DNA of 64,000 bases from positions 77,530-141,529 of the forward strand of contig JBBQZW010000001.1 of NCBI GenBank assembly GCA_038207395.1. Direction: 5' to 3'. Below the pieces are notes generated by a model that ran no database searches, was not told where the DNA came from, and was given only the letters and a program-made list of their open reading frames with translations. Positions 18,155-26,934 of the stretch are shown here, in pieces. Within the stretch, counting starts at the first letter, position 1. Each line of letters starts with the position of its first letter. The position numbers and the translations under genes are program-made. This stretch comes from Minisyncoccia bacterium. GTDB taxonomy: Bacteria; Patescibacteriota; Minisyncoccia; Phycocordibacterales; Phycocordibacteraceae.

Positions 18155-19351
18155 TCAAATGTTTTGAAGAAAGGTGGTGATTTCTTGTAGTGCAGGAATG
18201 AAACGCTCAAGGTCTAAAGCTGGTGTTTCGGGTCCCCAGGAAATACGCATGGTCGATTGTGCGAGTTCCTGATCCTGAGTATGTTCGTATACGGCGCGTG
18301 AACCGTCTTCTGAGTCAGTCTCGCAGGCACTCTTAGTTGATATGGCAAAACCCTCCGTATCAAGGAGTGTTATCGCATAGTCAGTATCCATTCCACGCAG
18401 TGAGATATTCAGAATATGCGGCGCTTGGCGCTTTCCTTGCGTGACATGAATGTTCGGGAGTAGTTCGGTTAGTGAAGCGATAAGATGCGCGCGCGCAGCG
18501 CGCGCATCTTCAGCAAAGTCTTCATATCCCCTCGCACACTCCGTTAGAGCTGCAGCGAATGCTGCAGCAAGTGCTACAGGCTCAGTACCAGGACGCAGAC
18601 CGGCCTCCTGACCTCCGCCAAACACAATTGGAGATATTGCTCGATGGTTCGGAACTATGAGAGCACCAATTCCTCGCACTCCTCCGACCTTCTGCGCATC
18701 GAGCGTCATAAGATCAGCTCCTAAGCGCGTTCGGTCTATCGATTCAATAAGGGGGAGCTGGCTTGCATCAACCTGTAATAACGCATGAGGCGCAGTATTC
18801 GTCAGAGTATCTAGCATTCTCTTCACTCGAAGAGTGTCATAGCGAATGCCTGTTTCTCCACACACGGCGTCAACACAGACGAGTACCGTCTGCGGACGAA
18901 TACGTGTTTCAAGTGCTTCGAGATCAATCGTATGATTACTAAGAGGTAGTGTCTCAATCTGTACTCCCTTTTTTGAAAAGGTGCGTAATGTTTCAATCAC
19001 TGAAGAGTGCATTGTTGGAAGATAGAGAATATGCATATCTTCGTACTTCATTCCTTTGTCGAAGCACGCCATGATTCTGCCTTGGATTGCGAGTGCATTT
19101 GCCTCTGTTGCCCCTGAAGTAAAAATGACTGCTCGAGACTTTACTCCAGCAAGGCGCGCGATATCAGTGCGTGAGGACTCAAGAAGGGCGCGCGCAGCGC
19201 GCCCTTCTTGATGGGGAGAAGAGGGATTACCAAAGTGATGCACTGCTTCAGAAAAAGCATTGAGCGCAGCGGTATGAACAGGCGCCGCTGAGGCCCAGTC
19301 AAGATATGCACGAGTATTCTTTTTAGCAGTAGTGAAAAGTCGGAATGCCAT
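18155..19351 (-). CDS. iscS: Cysteine desulfurase (IscS/NifS)
   Basis: YLDWA, GNPSSPH, FTSGATEAN, DAQKVGG (PLP Lys), RPGT, STKSAC (catalytic Cys). Confidence 0.92.
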   Translation of the reverse strand: MAFRLFTTAKKNTRAYLDWASAAPVHTAALNAFSEAVHHFGNPSSPHQEGRAARALLESSRTDIARLAGVKSRAVIFTSGATEANALAIQGRIMACFDKGMKYEDMHILYLPTMHSSVIETLRTFSKKGVQIETLPLSNHTIDLEALETRIRPQTVLVCVDAVCGETGIRYDTLRVKRMLDTLTNTAPHALLQVDASQLPLIESIDRTRLGADLMTLDAQKVGGVRGIGALIVPNHRAISPIVFGGGQEAGLRPGTEPVALAAAFAAALTECARGYEDFAEDARAARAHLIASLTELLPNIHVTQGKRQAPHILNISLRGMDTDYAITLLDTEGFAISTKSACETDSEDGSRAVYEHTQDQELAQSTMRISWGPETPALDLERFIPALQEITTFLQNI

Positions 19352-19416
19352 AGAAGTATCTGTACTCTAACGCATAATTGGTAAAAACTCATGTTTTGTG
19401 CCATAATTGCACCACT

Positions 19417-20901
19417 ATGGCAGCATCTCCTCGTCCCCCTATCGTGGCCGTAATGGGTCACATTGACCATGGCAAATCTTCGCTATTGGATTATATCCGT
19501 AAGGCAAATGTCACTGCTGGTGAGGCTGGTGGTATTACTCAGCACGTTTCTGCATATGAAGCAGTTCACGAGCATGAGGGTCAAAGTCGTAGCATTACGT
19601 TTCTCGATACTCCAGGCCACGAGGCCTTTCGCGCACTCCGCGCTCGTGGTGCCGCTGCAGCAGATGTTGCCATTCTTGTTATTGCCGCTGAAGAAGGCGT
19701 AAAGCCGCAAACCCTCGAAGCGTATGAAGCGGCAACAGAAGCTGGCACACCTGTTATCGTTGCCTTTACTAAGATTGATAAGAATAGTGCTGACCTCGAG
19801 AAGGCAAAGTACTCTGCCGTTGAGCACGGTATTTACCTTGAAGGACTCGGTGGTTCAATCCCCTACACTGGTGTCTCAAGTAAATCAGGTGAAGGCGTTC
19901 CTGAACTTCTTGACCTAGTACTCCTTACGGCAGACCTCGCCGAACTCACCGCAGATACTGAGACCCTTGCAGATGGATTCATTCTTGAGTCATCACAGGA
20001 TCCAAAGCGCGGTCTCTCCGCAACATTGATTATTAAAAACGGTACGCTTCATACGGGAGAATTTGTAGTTGCTGGTAAGGCAATGGCGCCCGTTCGTTTT
20101 ATTGAGAACTTTCTTACTGCTCGCATTCCTGAAGCAACACTTTCTCAACCCGTTCGTATTTCAGGATGGAGTGATCTTCCGCCTGCAGGAACGCCCTTTA
20201 GTACCGTCGCCACAAAGAAAGAAGCTGAGTTCCTTGTCGAAACGAGTGTCCAAGGGGTAATGACGTCCTATGCGCTTTCTGAGGCTGCTGAAGGAAATGT
20301 TGAACTCCCACTCATTCTAAAGACCGATGTGAGTGGCAGTCTTGAGGCCATAAAGCACGAACTACGTAAAATTACTCACGATCGTGTTGGAATTCGCATA
20401 GTATCTGAAAGTATTGGTGCAGTATCGGAAGGTGATGTTAAGTCTGCAGCTGCTTCTGGAGCGCATATTATCGCCTTTACCGTCGGCACTGACAGTAACG
20501 CGCGTGATCTCGCTGAGCGTACCGGCATTTCCATAGAATCGTTCTCAATTATCTATGAACTCTTTGAGCGAGTAAAAACACTCGTTGATGAACGTGCTCC
20601 TCAGATTACCGTTGAGGAAATTCTTGGAGAAGCGAAAGTCCTTAAATCCTTTAGCGTAGCCGGAAATAAGCATGTGCTTGGAGCAAAGTGGGTCTCAGGA
20701 CTTCTCACCCCTGGAGACCTCGTGAAAGTTGACCGCCGTGGTATTCCTCTTGGAAACGGTAAGCTCACCAACCTTCAAGTAGCCCGTTCAGATGTAAAGG
20801 AAATAAAGATGGAAGGAGAATTTGGTCTCCAGGTAGAAACTAAAGCTGACATTGCTGCGGGTGATACATTAGTTGCCTTTAAGGTAGTAACGCGCAAATA
20901 G
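19417..20901 (+). CDS. infB: Translation initiation factor IF-2 (short, no N-terminal domain)
   Basis: RPPIVAVMGHIDHGKS, GEAGGITQH, DTPGHEAF; ATG at 19417 preferred. Confidence 0.97.
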   Translation: MAASPRPPIVAVMGHIDHGKSSLLDYIRKANVTAGEAGGITQHVSAYEAVHEHEGQSRSITFLDTPGHEAFRALRARGAAAADVAILVIAAEEGVKPQTLEAYEAATEAGTPVIVAFTKIDKNSADLEKAKYSAVEHGIYLEGLGGSIPYTGVSSKSGEGVPELLDLVLLTADLAELTADTETLADGFILESSQDPKRGLSATLIIKNGTLHTGEFVVAGKAMAPVRFIENFLTARIPEATLSQPVRISGWSDLPPAGTPFSTVATKKEAEFLVETSVQGVMTSYALSEAAEGNVELPLILKTDVSGSLEAIKHELRKITHDRVGIRIVSESIGAVSEGDVKSAAASGAHIIAFTVGTDSNARDLAERTGISIESFSIIYELFERVKTLVDERAPQITVEEILGEAKVLKSFSVAGNKHVLGAKWVSGLLTPGDLVKVDRRGIPLGNGKLTNLQVARSDVKEIKMEGEFGLQVETKADIAAGDTLVAFKVVTRK

Positions 20902-20902
20902 T

Positions 20903-21295
20903 ATGGAACGTTCTCGTCCTTCGCGTGGAGCTAATTTCAAGGGTGTAAAGAAGTCACTTATGGTGACCGAGCTTGCTGCGCAGTACATTGCACGCGAAGC
21001 AGGCCGCACCACGCTCATCACTCCCACACGTACTGACCTTGGGCGCGACGGTAAGCATGCGACCATTTTCGTAAGTGTCTTCCCTGCAGAAGAGGCGGAT
21101 CATGCTATTACCTTTCTTATGCGTCATAAAGATCTTTTTCGTACCTGGTTAAAAACGCACGCACGCTTCCCTGTTCTTCCATACATCAAATTTGAAATTG
21201 ACTATGGAGAAAGGAATCGTCAACGTCTTGATGAGTTAGCTTCTGAAGTAGGTGAAATTAAGCCTGAGGAAGATTCTAGTTCTGAGGAAGAGTAA
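20903..21295 (+). CDS. rbfA: Ribosome-binding factor A
   Basis: Directly after infB; IT.T....D.KHATIFVS...P.IKFEID. Confidence 0.85.
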   Translation: MERSRPSRGANFKGVKKSLMVTELAAQYIAREAGRTTLITPTRTDLGRDGKHATIFVSVFPAEEADHAITFLMRHKDLFRTWLKTHARFPVLPYIKFEIDYGERNRQRLDELASEVGEIKPEEDSSSEEE

Positions 21296-21318
21296 TCCCT
21301 GCAGTAGCCGCTAATAAT

Positions 21319-21405
21319 CTAAACCGTTTCAATATTTCCAAGAAATCGGTCCATTTTGGTGATAAAGATCTCTTCGAGCTTTGTAATATCCCGATCTGTA
21401 ATCAT
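21319..21405 (-). pseudogene. Possible truncated remnant of a small coiled-coil protein
   Basis: MITDRDITKLEEIFITKMDRFLGNIETV stop; the start resembles small coiled-coil proteins I recall from CPR genomes. Confidence 0.25.
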
Positions 21406-21432
21406 TACAGAATATGCTACCATGCGCATATT

Positions 21433-21504
21433 GGCTCAGTGGCGAAGTAGAAACGCGGCGGATTGCAAACCCGCCATGCACGGATGCGATTTCCGTCTGG
21501 GCCT
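21433..21504 (+). tRNA. tRNA-Cys (GCA)
   Basis: GGCTCAG/CTGGGCC acceptor, loop TT-GCA-AA, U73 discriminator; atypical T-loop TGCGATT. Confidence 0.88.
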
Positions 21505-21607
21505 CAAAATAGTTTGAAGAATATAGGTCGAAAATGAAATAATTCTAAACCACTTCTTTTAAAGTGGGGGTAAAGCGAGTACTATTGCTTAGCAGGAGTA
21601 CGATATT

Positions 21608-21690
21608 GCCGGGGTGATGGAATGGTAGACATAAGGGACTTAAACTCCCTAGACAGCAATGTCGTGCGGGTTCGAGTCCCGCTCCCGGTA
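21608..21690 (+). tRNA. tRNA-Leu (TAA)
   Basis: AGGGA-CT-TAA-AC-TCCCT anticodon arm, long variable arm, GGTTCGAGTCC. Confidence 0.93.
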
Positions 21691-22599
21691 CTAAAATCGC
21701 GTGAGAAAATCCTTGTACTGCACTTTCTTTCCGTGTAGTACCTCAACATACAATTCCTGGAGTTGTTTCGTCGTGCCTCCAATCTTACCTTCTCCAACTA
21801 TTCGCCCATCGATCTCAATAATGGGCGTCAAAGACGCTGACGTGCCACACGCAAATACTTCGTCGGCGACATAGAGTTCAGTAAGATCAATACTTCGTTC
21901 AACGGTTTGTATACCCACGTCTTGAGCAAGCGTTAGAATAGTTGCTCGGCTAATACCTTCTAAGATGTCGTTTGCTTGGCCTGGCGTGTGTAGTACCCCA
22001 TCTCGTACGAGGAAGATGTTCGCAGCAGACAGTTCACAAACATGCCCAGCTACATCCAGAAATACGCAGTCATCATAGCCACTATCTAATGCATCCTGGC
22101 GTGCGAGTACTGAGTTTACGTACGCACCATTTACTTTTGCGCGGGAAGGGATGGAAAAATCCGGGACTCGACGCCATACACTTGTTTTCAAACGCGCCCC
22201 ATCTTTAGGTAGAATGTGTGCCGCTTCATATACAAAAATGCTTAGTTTCGTATTGAGTCCTCGTGAGCGTACTCCTGGTATTAGGTCCGTTACGTGTATC
22301 GTTACACGCACAAATACATTTTCGTTCACGCCATTTGCAGTAATTACTTCTTGCGCAGCATGGTACAAATCTTCCTCTGTTACTTTTGCATCTATACCGA
22401 TGATACGTGCAGAATTCGTTAGACGTGTAGCGTGTTCTCTAAGGCGAAATCCATACAACACATCACCGTTCTTACATACAGGGAATACGGTATACACGCT
22501 AAGACCGTATAGCACTGCTGAACTTGCAACACTTACATTCGCTTCTGAGAGCGGTACGATATTTCCGTCGAAATATGCCTTATCGTATATACGAGCCAT
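21691..22599 (-). CDS. ilvE: Class IV PLP aminotransferase (branched-chain amino acid aminotransferase-like)
   Basis: LYG..VY, FRLREH..RL..SA, AKVNGAYVNS, E...ANIFLV, ILEGISR, ADEVF.CGT. Confidence 0.85.
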   Translation of the reverse strand: MARIYDKAYFDGNIVPLSEANVSVASSAVLYGLSVYTVFPVCKNGDVLYGFRLREHATRLTNSARIIGIDAKVTEEDLYHAAQEVITANGVNENVFVRVTIHVTDLIPGVRSRGLNTKLSIFVYEAAHILPKDGARLKTSVWRRVPDFSIPSRAKVNGAYVNSVLARQDALDSGYDDCVFLDVAGHVCELSAANIFLVRDGVLHTPGQANDILEGISRATILTLAQDVGIQTVERSIDLTELYVADEVFACGTSASLTPIIEIDGRIVGEGKIGGTTKQLQELYVEVLHGKKVQYKDFLTRF

Positions 22600-22684
22600 G
22601 AGCACTAGTGTAGCATCTGGCAGAACAGGCCTGTACGTGTCCCTGCATTGAAATGTTGGCGCATTTCCTATACTATTTTCAAAT

Positions 22685-22757
22685 GCACCTATAGCTCAGT
22701 CGGTAGAGCAACTGCCTCTTAAGCAGTGGGTCCCAGGTTCGAGCCCTGGTGGGTGCA
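22685..22757 (+). tRNA. tRNA-Lys (CTT)
   Basis: ACTGC-CT-CTT-AA-GCAGT anticodon arm, TAGCTCAG D-arm, GGTTCGAGCCC. Confidence 0.94.
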
Positions 22758-22829
22758 CCTGCAATCAATCTGAAAGCCGCAGCCGTGCGGCTTTCCTTGT
22801 TACCAATATTCGGCTATGCTGTGAGAAGC

Positions 22830-22910
22830 GCTGGAGTGGCGAAATGGTATACGCGCCTGCCTTAGGAGCAGGTGGGGCAACCCGTGGAGGTTCAAGTCCT
22901 CTCTCCAGCA
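22830..22910 (+). tRNA. tRNA-Leu (TAG)
   Basis: CCTGC-CT-TAG-GA-GCAGG, long variable arm, GGTTCAAGTCC. Confidence 0.94.
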
Positions 22911-22993
22911 CACTATTGACTTTTGAGCAAATTTACTATATAGTAAATTTTAGATATATGGCCTTTGCCATACTTACATAGAGGAGAAATCGC

Positions 22994-24241
22994 ATGTCGA
23001 TTCAATCAGTTGTTGAAAGTGCCTTCGGGTACGAAGACGTAAGTAACTCGCTCTGGAATATCATTTATTCCCTATTTGCTGCAGGCGTTATGCTTGTGTG
23101 TTTTGGGGTGTGGGTGGCATTCAGCGAAAGTTCGTTGGTATGGTATTTCCATTTTGGAACTGCCGCCGCCTATGCGGCTATCGGCCTCGTGCTTATTTCC
23201 GCTGGATTATTTCTTGCGGAAACGGGACAGGTGACTGTTCCCGCGAACCCGGTTAGCGCTGCAATCCTCACTATCTGGGGGAAACGGCTTGAAGTCCTCG
23301 TTCGCGAGGGTAGAGTGTTGCGTTTTAATTTCTGGCCGTTCTACATCGACTACATCATTGTCGACGTGAGCGAGCAGAACCTTCCGTTTTGTTTCACCCA
23401 AGTACGTTGCGCAGCAACGTACGACTACAGTCTTTCTCCCGGGCAACGGCAAGCCGTTACCGGTGGTACGGTGTCTGTTTCGGTCTCAATGACCGTGACG
23501 CCAAACACCGATGACGCCAAAAGGATTATCAAGTATTTGAACTACGGCGGCATCGAGAAAATCAAACAAGTGCTCGAGGAAGTTACCAGCGAAGGGGTGC
23601 GCCACACGGCCATCAAATATGACTGGGAAACCTTTGTCGGCATGAAAGCAGCGCTTACCGTTATGCTGCTGGTAAAAATATCTGAAGTCGATTTCCGCAA
23701 CCTTAAGACGAATAGTCAAGGTTTGGTAGATGAATCGATGTACGATATTACCCCAGACGGGTACAAAGAGCTCGGCTATGTTACTGATCCGATCGCTTAT
23801 CTGTTTCCTGAACGAATTCAGGGTGCGGAGAAAACACCGGAGGAATTAATCGACGAAAAACGTAAGGAGCAAGAAATTGAAATATTCTTGCGAATCGCCC
23901 GTATTCAGGATCTCGCAGATATTATGGATTTGGGCGTGAAAATTGCCCGGCTCAACATTCCTGCTATTGAACCTGAAGGAGCTGCTGACGAAGGCGCTGA
24001 ACTCGCTGCACGTGAAGCAAAAGAACGTGAAGCAGAACTCGCCGATACTCGAACAACTACCATGCGTGCAGATGCGATCGTAGAAGCTTCAAAAGGAGAA
24101 GACAACAAGCCGACTATTTCTTATGAACGTGCGCTCGAAATTGTTCGTATTGGCAGAGGCCAAGCCAAGGAGATCATAATCCGTGGCGGTGGCGAACTTA
24201 CCGGTGCGGCTGCAATCGTCGCAGGCAACCTCAACAAATAG
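22994..24241 (+). CDS. SPFH/band-7-like membrane protein (divergent)
   Basis: Two N-terminal TMs, then V.VP...AILT.WGKR....EG, beta-rich band-7-like region, LGVKI..LNI..I and an Ala/Glu-rich coiled coil; SD GAGGAG. Confidence 0.6.
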   Translation: MSIQSVVESAFGYEDVSNSLWNIIYSLFAAGVMLVCFGVWVAFSESSLVWYFHFGTAAAYAAIGLVLISAGLFLAETGQVTVPANPVSAAILTIWGKRLEVLVREGRVLRFNFWPFYIDYIIVDVSEQNLPFCFTQVRCAATYDYSLSPGQRQAVTGGTVSVSVSMTVTPNTDDAKRIIKYLNYGGIEKIKQVLEEVTSEGVRHTAIKYDWETFVGMKAALTVMLLVKISEVDFRNLKTNSQGLVDESMYDITPDGYKELGYVTDPIAYLFPERIQGAEKTPEELIDEKRKEQEIEIFLRIARIQDLADIMDLGVKIARLNIPAIEPEGAADEGAELAAREAKEREAELADTRTTTMRADAIVEASKGEDNKPTISYERALEIVRIGRGQAKEIIIRGGGELTGAAAIVAGNLNK

Positions 24242-24250
24242 GAGAAACCT

Positions 24251-24793
24251 ATGTCTTCAGGAAAATCAACTCCCTGGTATAAACGTATTCTTGTTACGGT
24301 TATCCCAGTGGTGATATTCGTCCTGCTTATCATTGTCGCTATTAACTCCCTCTCTTCGAGCTTCGGCTCAGGCGGCGCGGAAACTTCCGCGCGCACTCAG
24401 TCTGACTCGATGAGAAAAGGAGGAGGTGCTGCAACGGCGTCGCCGCAAGCAGCATCTAACGCGCTCAATACCATGTGCGCGGCGTACAGTCTGGCACCCC
24501 AGCACTGCACGCTCAAACCATTCGTGCATGGACAGGGATATATCGGATTCGTTCGTGACGCCCCTGATCATGCACGCATGTGCACATCGCTTGCCGATGA
24601 CCTTCCATCCACTCCGGTTGAGAAAAGGGTTATCAAGGAAACTTGGTACCTGCTCACTGACGGAAAAGAAGTGAAGGTTGAACCAGGACAAGCAAAGCCG
24701 GAAAATATCTTCGCGATTGAAACGATTCCGACCCAAGAAGTCAGTTTCGTATACTATCTGGCAGAAAGTGACTGCAAGATGGTTCCCTCGTAA
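24251..24793 (+). CDS. Membrane-anchored Cys-containing hypothetical protein
   Basis: One TM, Ser/Gly/Ala linker, four Cys; SD AGGAG; apparent operon partner of the SPFH-like gene; terminator 24816-24850. Confidence 0.75.
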   Translation: MSSGKSTPWYKRILVTVIPVVIFVLLIIVAINSLSSSFGSGGAETSARTQSDSMRKGGGAATASPQAASNALNTMCAAYSLAPQHCTLKPFVHGQGYIGFVRDAPDHARMCTSLADDLPSTPVEKRVIKETWYLLTDGKEVKVEPGQAKPENIFAIETIPTQEVSFVYYLAESDCKMVPS

Positions 24794-24848
24794 GATCTTT
24801 CGTGAACAACTATACACCGGCCCCTTTCTACTAAGGGGCCGGTTTTCT

Positions 24849-25094
24849 TTATCCCCCTACAACCTTCCTTAGTATCTCTACAATCGTTCGTGCTCCAAAG
24901 AGTATCGTAAGCCCCACAAGACCATATATGAGGTGCTGCTGGCCTGTTTTTCGCTTCTCTTCATTATCGGCACCGCGTATAAACTCAAACACTCCATAGG
25001 CAAAAAGAATGAAGGCGAGTAAGGCCAAAACGGTTATTGCCGGGTTAATAATTTGATCTTGAACTTTTGTGACAAAGGCGTGAAAGGAATCCAT
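24849..25094 (-). CDS. VirB2/TrbC-like pilin (T4SS_pilin type)
   Basis: AFILFAYGVFEFIRGADNEEKRKTGQQHLIYGLVGL two-TM hairpin; start placed after the upstream hairpin. Confidence 0.8.
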   Translation of the reverse strand: MDSFHAFVTKVQDQIINPAITVLALLAFILFAYGVFEFIRGADNEEKRKTGQQHLIYGLVGLTILFGARTIVEILRKVVGG

Positions 25095-25108
25095 TAGGGT
25101 AATAATAG

Positions 25109-25139
25109 CAGAAGCCCGCGGCATTGCCGCGGGCTTCTG
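25109..25139 (-). terminator. Terminator after the putative major pilin
   Basis: cagaagcccgcggc-att-gccgcgggcttctg. Confidence 0.75.
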
Positions 25140-25161
25140 GTGGAGAATACTGAATCTTCAG

Positions 25162-25548
25162 CTAGTTAGAAACGCGTATGTTATCAGCGCTAGGCAAACC
25201 GTTTCCTGGAACAGGACGGTTGTTGTTAAGTCCTACGGTTCCCGTAAGAATACGAACAAGTCCCCATACTGAAACCATAACAAAGAAACCAATAATGCCA
25301 TAAATCATTACCTGCTTTCCCTTATCACGCTTCTCTGCATCTGCTGCTCCCGCAATGAAGTACATGAAGATACCAACAATGAACACAATGAAGGCGAGCG
25401 CGAAGACGAGAGGAACGGCAATGTTGTTAATGAAGTCAACAACAAACTTTGAGAGATCCTGGATGCTGTTAATTGACTGGCCTGGCGCCTGCGCAAACGC
25501 AAGAGCGGGAACGAAGAGCGAAAGGCCTGCTAGGGCAAACTTTTTCAT
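25162..25548 (-). CDS. VirB2/TrbC-like pilin, probable major subunit
   Basis: Signal peptide (PALAFA/Q), AFIVFIVG...AGAADAEKRDKGKQVMIYGIIGFFVMVSVWGLV; own promoter and terminator. Confidence 0.88.
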   Translation of the reverse strand: MKKFALAGLSLFVPALAFAQAPGQSINSIQDLSKFVVDFINNIAVPLVFALAFIVFIVGIFMYFIAGAADAEKRDKGKQVMIYGIIGFFVMVSVWGLVRILTGTVGLNNNRPVPGNGLPSADNIRVSN

Positions 25549-25583
25549 ACGATAAGTAGGGATTCAATAAGTAGTACTTGTTA

Positions 25584-25611
25584 AGCATAAACCTCTGAGG
25601 CGTAGCGTCAA
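25584..25611 (-). promoter_or_regulatory. Promoter for pilin 25162..25548
   Basis: TTGACG-N16-TATGCT on the minus strand. Confidence 0.5.
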
Positions 25612-25646
25612 TGCATGCCTGGGGACGGAGCCCTGGCAAGAATGAA

Positions 25647-26093
25647 CTAATTTTTGATTTGTCCTCCGTACGCACTACAGTCTGCAGCACTCACTTTTAC
25701 TGAGCTGCCTGAAGACAGCACACAGGTAATGCCTGTTTGACCAGGGGCGGTGAAGTCATTTGGTAGTCCACGGGTGTCAGAGGCGCCCGTTCCTGAACAA
25801 TTACTTGTCTCACTGAACGTAGGGAGACACGGACGATTCGTATTATCAAATCCAAAAGTGTTTACCACTAAGTTTACGAGTCCCCATACTGACATCATGA
25901 CCGCAAAGCCAATCACTGAGTACAGAATAATCTGCCCCCCCGTGGCGCGCTTCTCAGGATTGTCTGCGCCCGCAATCATGTAGCGGAACACGCCGAACAA
26001 GAAGATGATGAAGGCAACAGCAAATACGAGTGGCACCAATACGTTATTAATAAAATCAATGAATGAGACTATGATTGCCGTGATCTTTGCCAT
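25647..26093 (-). CDS. VirB2/TrbC-like pilin with Cys-rich C-terminal extension
   Basis: AFIIFLFGV...GADNPEKRATGGQIILYSVIGFAVMMSVWGLV plus a ~60 aa tail with four Cys. Confidence 0.85.
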   Translation of the reverse strand: MAKITAIIVSFIDFINNVLVPLVFAVAFIIFLFGVFRYMIAGADNPEKRATGGQIILYSVIGFAVMMSVWGLVNLVVNTFGFDNTNRPCLPTFSETSNCSGTGASDTRGLPNDFTAPGQTGITCVLSSGSSVKVSAADCSAYGGQIKN

Positions 26094-26110
26094 ACAAAAA
26101 GTATACCGTG

Positions 26111-26437
26111 TTAGGTGTTAAAACTTCCGAGAATGCCGAGCATTACGCGCACAAATCCCCACACCGCAAAGAGTGCTACAAAACCGATAATTCCGTATAT
26201 AGCAAAATACTTCCCCTTTTCTCGATTTTCAGGGTTTGCTGAAAAGAAAAGTCGCACCATGCCGATGAGAAATACGATAAATGAGAGTGCATATAGGAGC
26301 GTGATAATAGTGTTCCCAAAAGGCACTACTTGCGTGTCAACAATTTCTTTAAAGGATTTTGCGTAGGTAGTCACTGGGATCAGTGCTGCTGACACGACGG
26401 GCAATGCGCCAAGTGAAAGATTCGATATCCTACTCAT
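26111..26437 (-). CDS. VirB2/TrbC-like pilin
   Basis: SFIVFLIGMV...NPENREKGKYFAIYGIIGFVALFAVWGFV. Confidence 0.85.
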   Translation of the reverse strand: MSRISNLSLGALPVVSAALIPVTTYAKSFKEIVDTQVVPFGNTIITLLYALSFIVFLIGMVRLFFSANPENREKGKYFAIYGIIGFVALFAVWGFVRVMLGILGSFNT

Positions 26438-26934
26438 GGTCGTAGCGAGGTAACGGTTGAAGTAATTACTTCTTTGATGGCTGCAGCTCCAAGGATTATC
26501 AGCCCTCCAATAATCGTGAACATGAGTGCTCTTCGTGCCTTACTAATATTTTCTTCATTACCTCGTGCAGCAACGAATAGAAAACCCGTATAGATAAGTG
26601 CGAGCGTAAGAATGATGCTTCCGAGCTCAATAGCGGCAGCTAGCAGACCGTCGAGTAGTTCATTAAGTGAATTGAATTTGAGTGGATTTGCAAGCCTACC
26701 AGCATTTGAGGTTTCTCCCTGGTCTGTTGGATTATTGTTAGTTACTCCTTGCCCAGTTGGAGAGCCTATATTTCCATTAGTAGAAGGAGTGTTTGAGATT
26801 CCTCCTTTACCATTTTCCGCATGAGTCACTGTGGGCAAAGAACTTATACTTACGCCTAGGGTAAGAAGTACCGCAATTGTTAGGCCGGCAATCTTTGTTA
26901 CAAGATGTGCAGATCGATAATTAGAATGAGGCAT
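26434..26934 (-). CDS. VirB2/TrbC-like pilin with Gly/Asn/Thr-rich N-terminal extension
   Basis: Signal peptide, low-complexity linker, L.NPL...IYTGFLFVAARGNEENISKARRALMFTIIGGLIILGA. Confidence 0.85.
   Translation of the reverse strand: MPHSNYRSAHLVTKIAGLTIAVLLTLGVSISSLPTVTHAENGKGGISNTPSTNGNIGSPTGQGVTNNNPTDQGETSNAGRLANPLKFNSLNELLDGLLAAAIELGSIILTLALIYTGFLFVAARGNEENISKARRALMFTIIGGLIILGAAAIKEVITSTVTSLRP

Noticed and set aside
19417-20901. Short IF-2, four-domain S1 and arm-less ValRS as truncations
   Set aside because: Core domains are intact and such streamlining is expected in reduced CPR genomes.
21433-21504. tRNA-Cys as a pseudo-tRNA because of the TGCGATT T-loop
   Set aside because: Acceptor, anticodon and T stems and the U73 discriminator are intact; treated as a variant functional tRNA.
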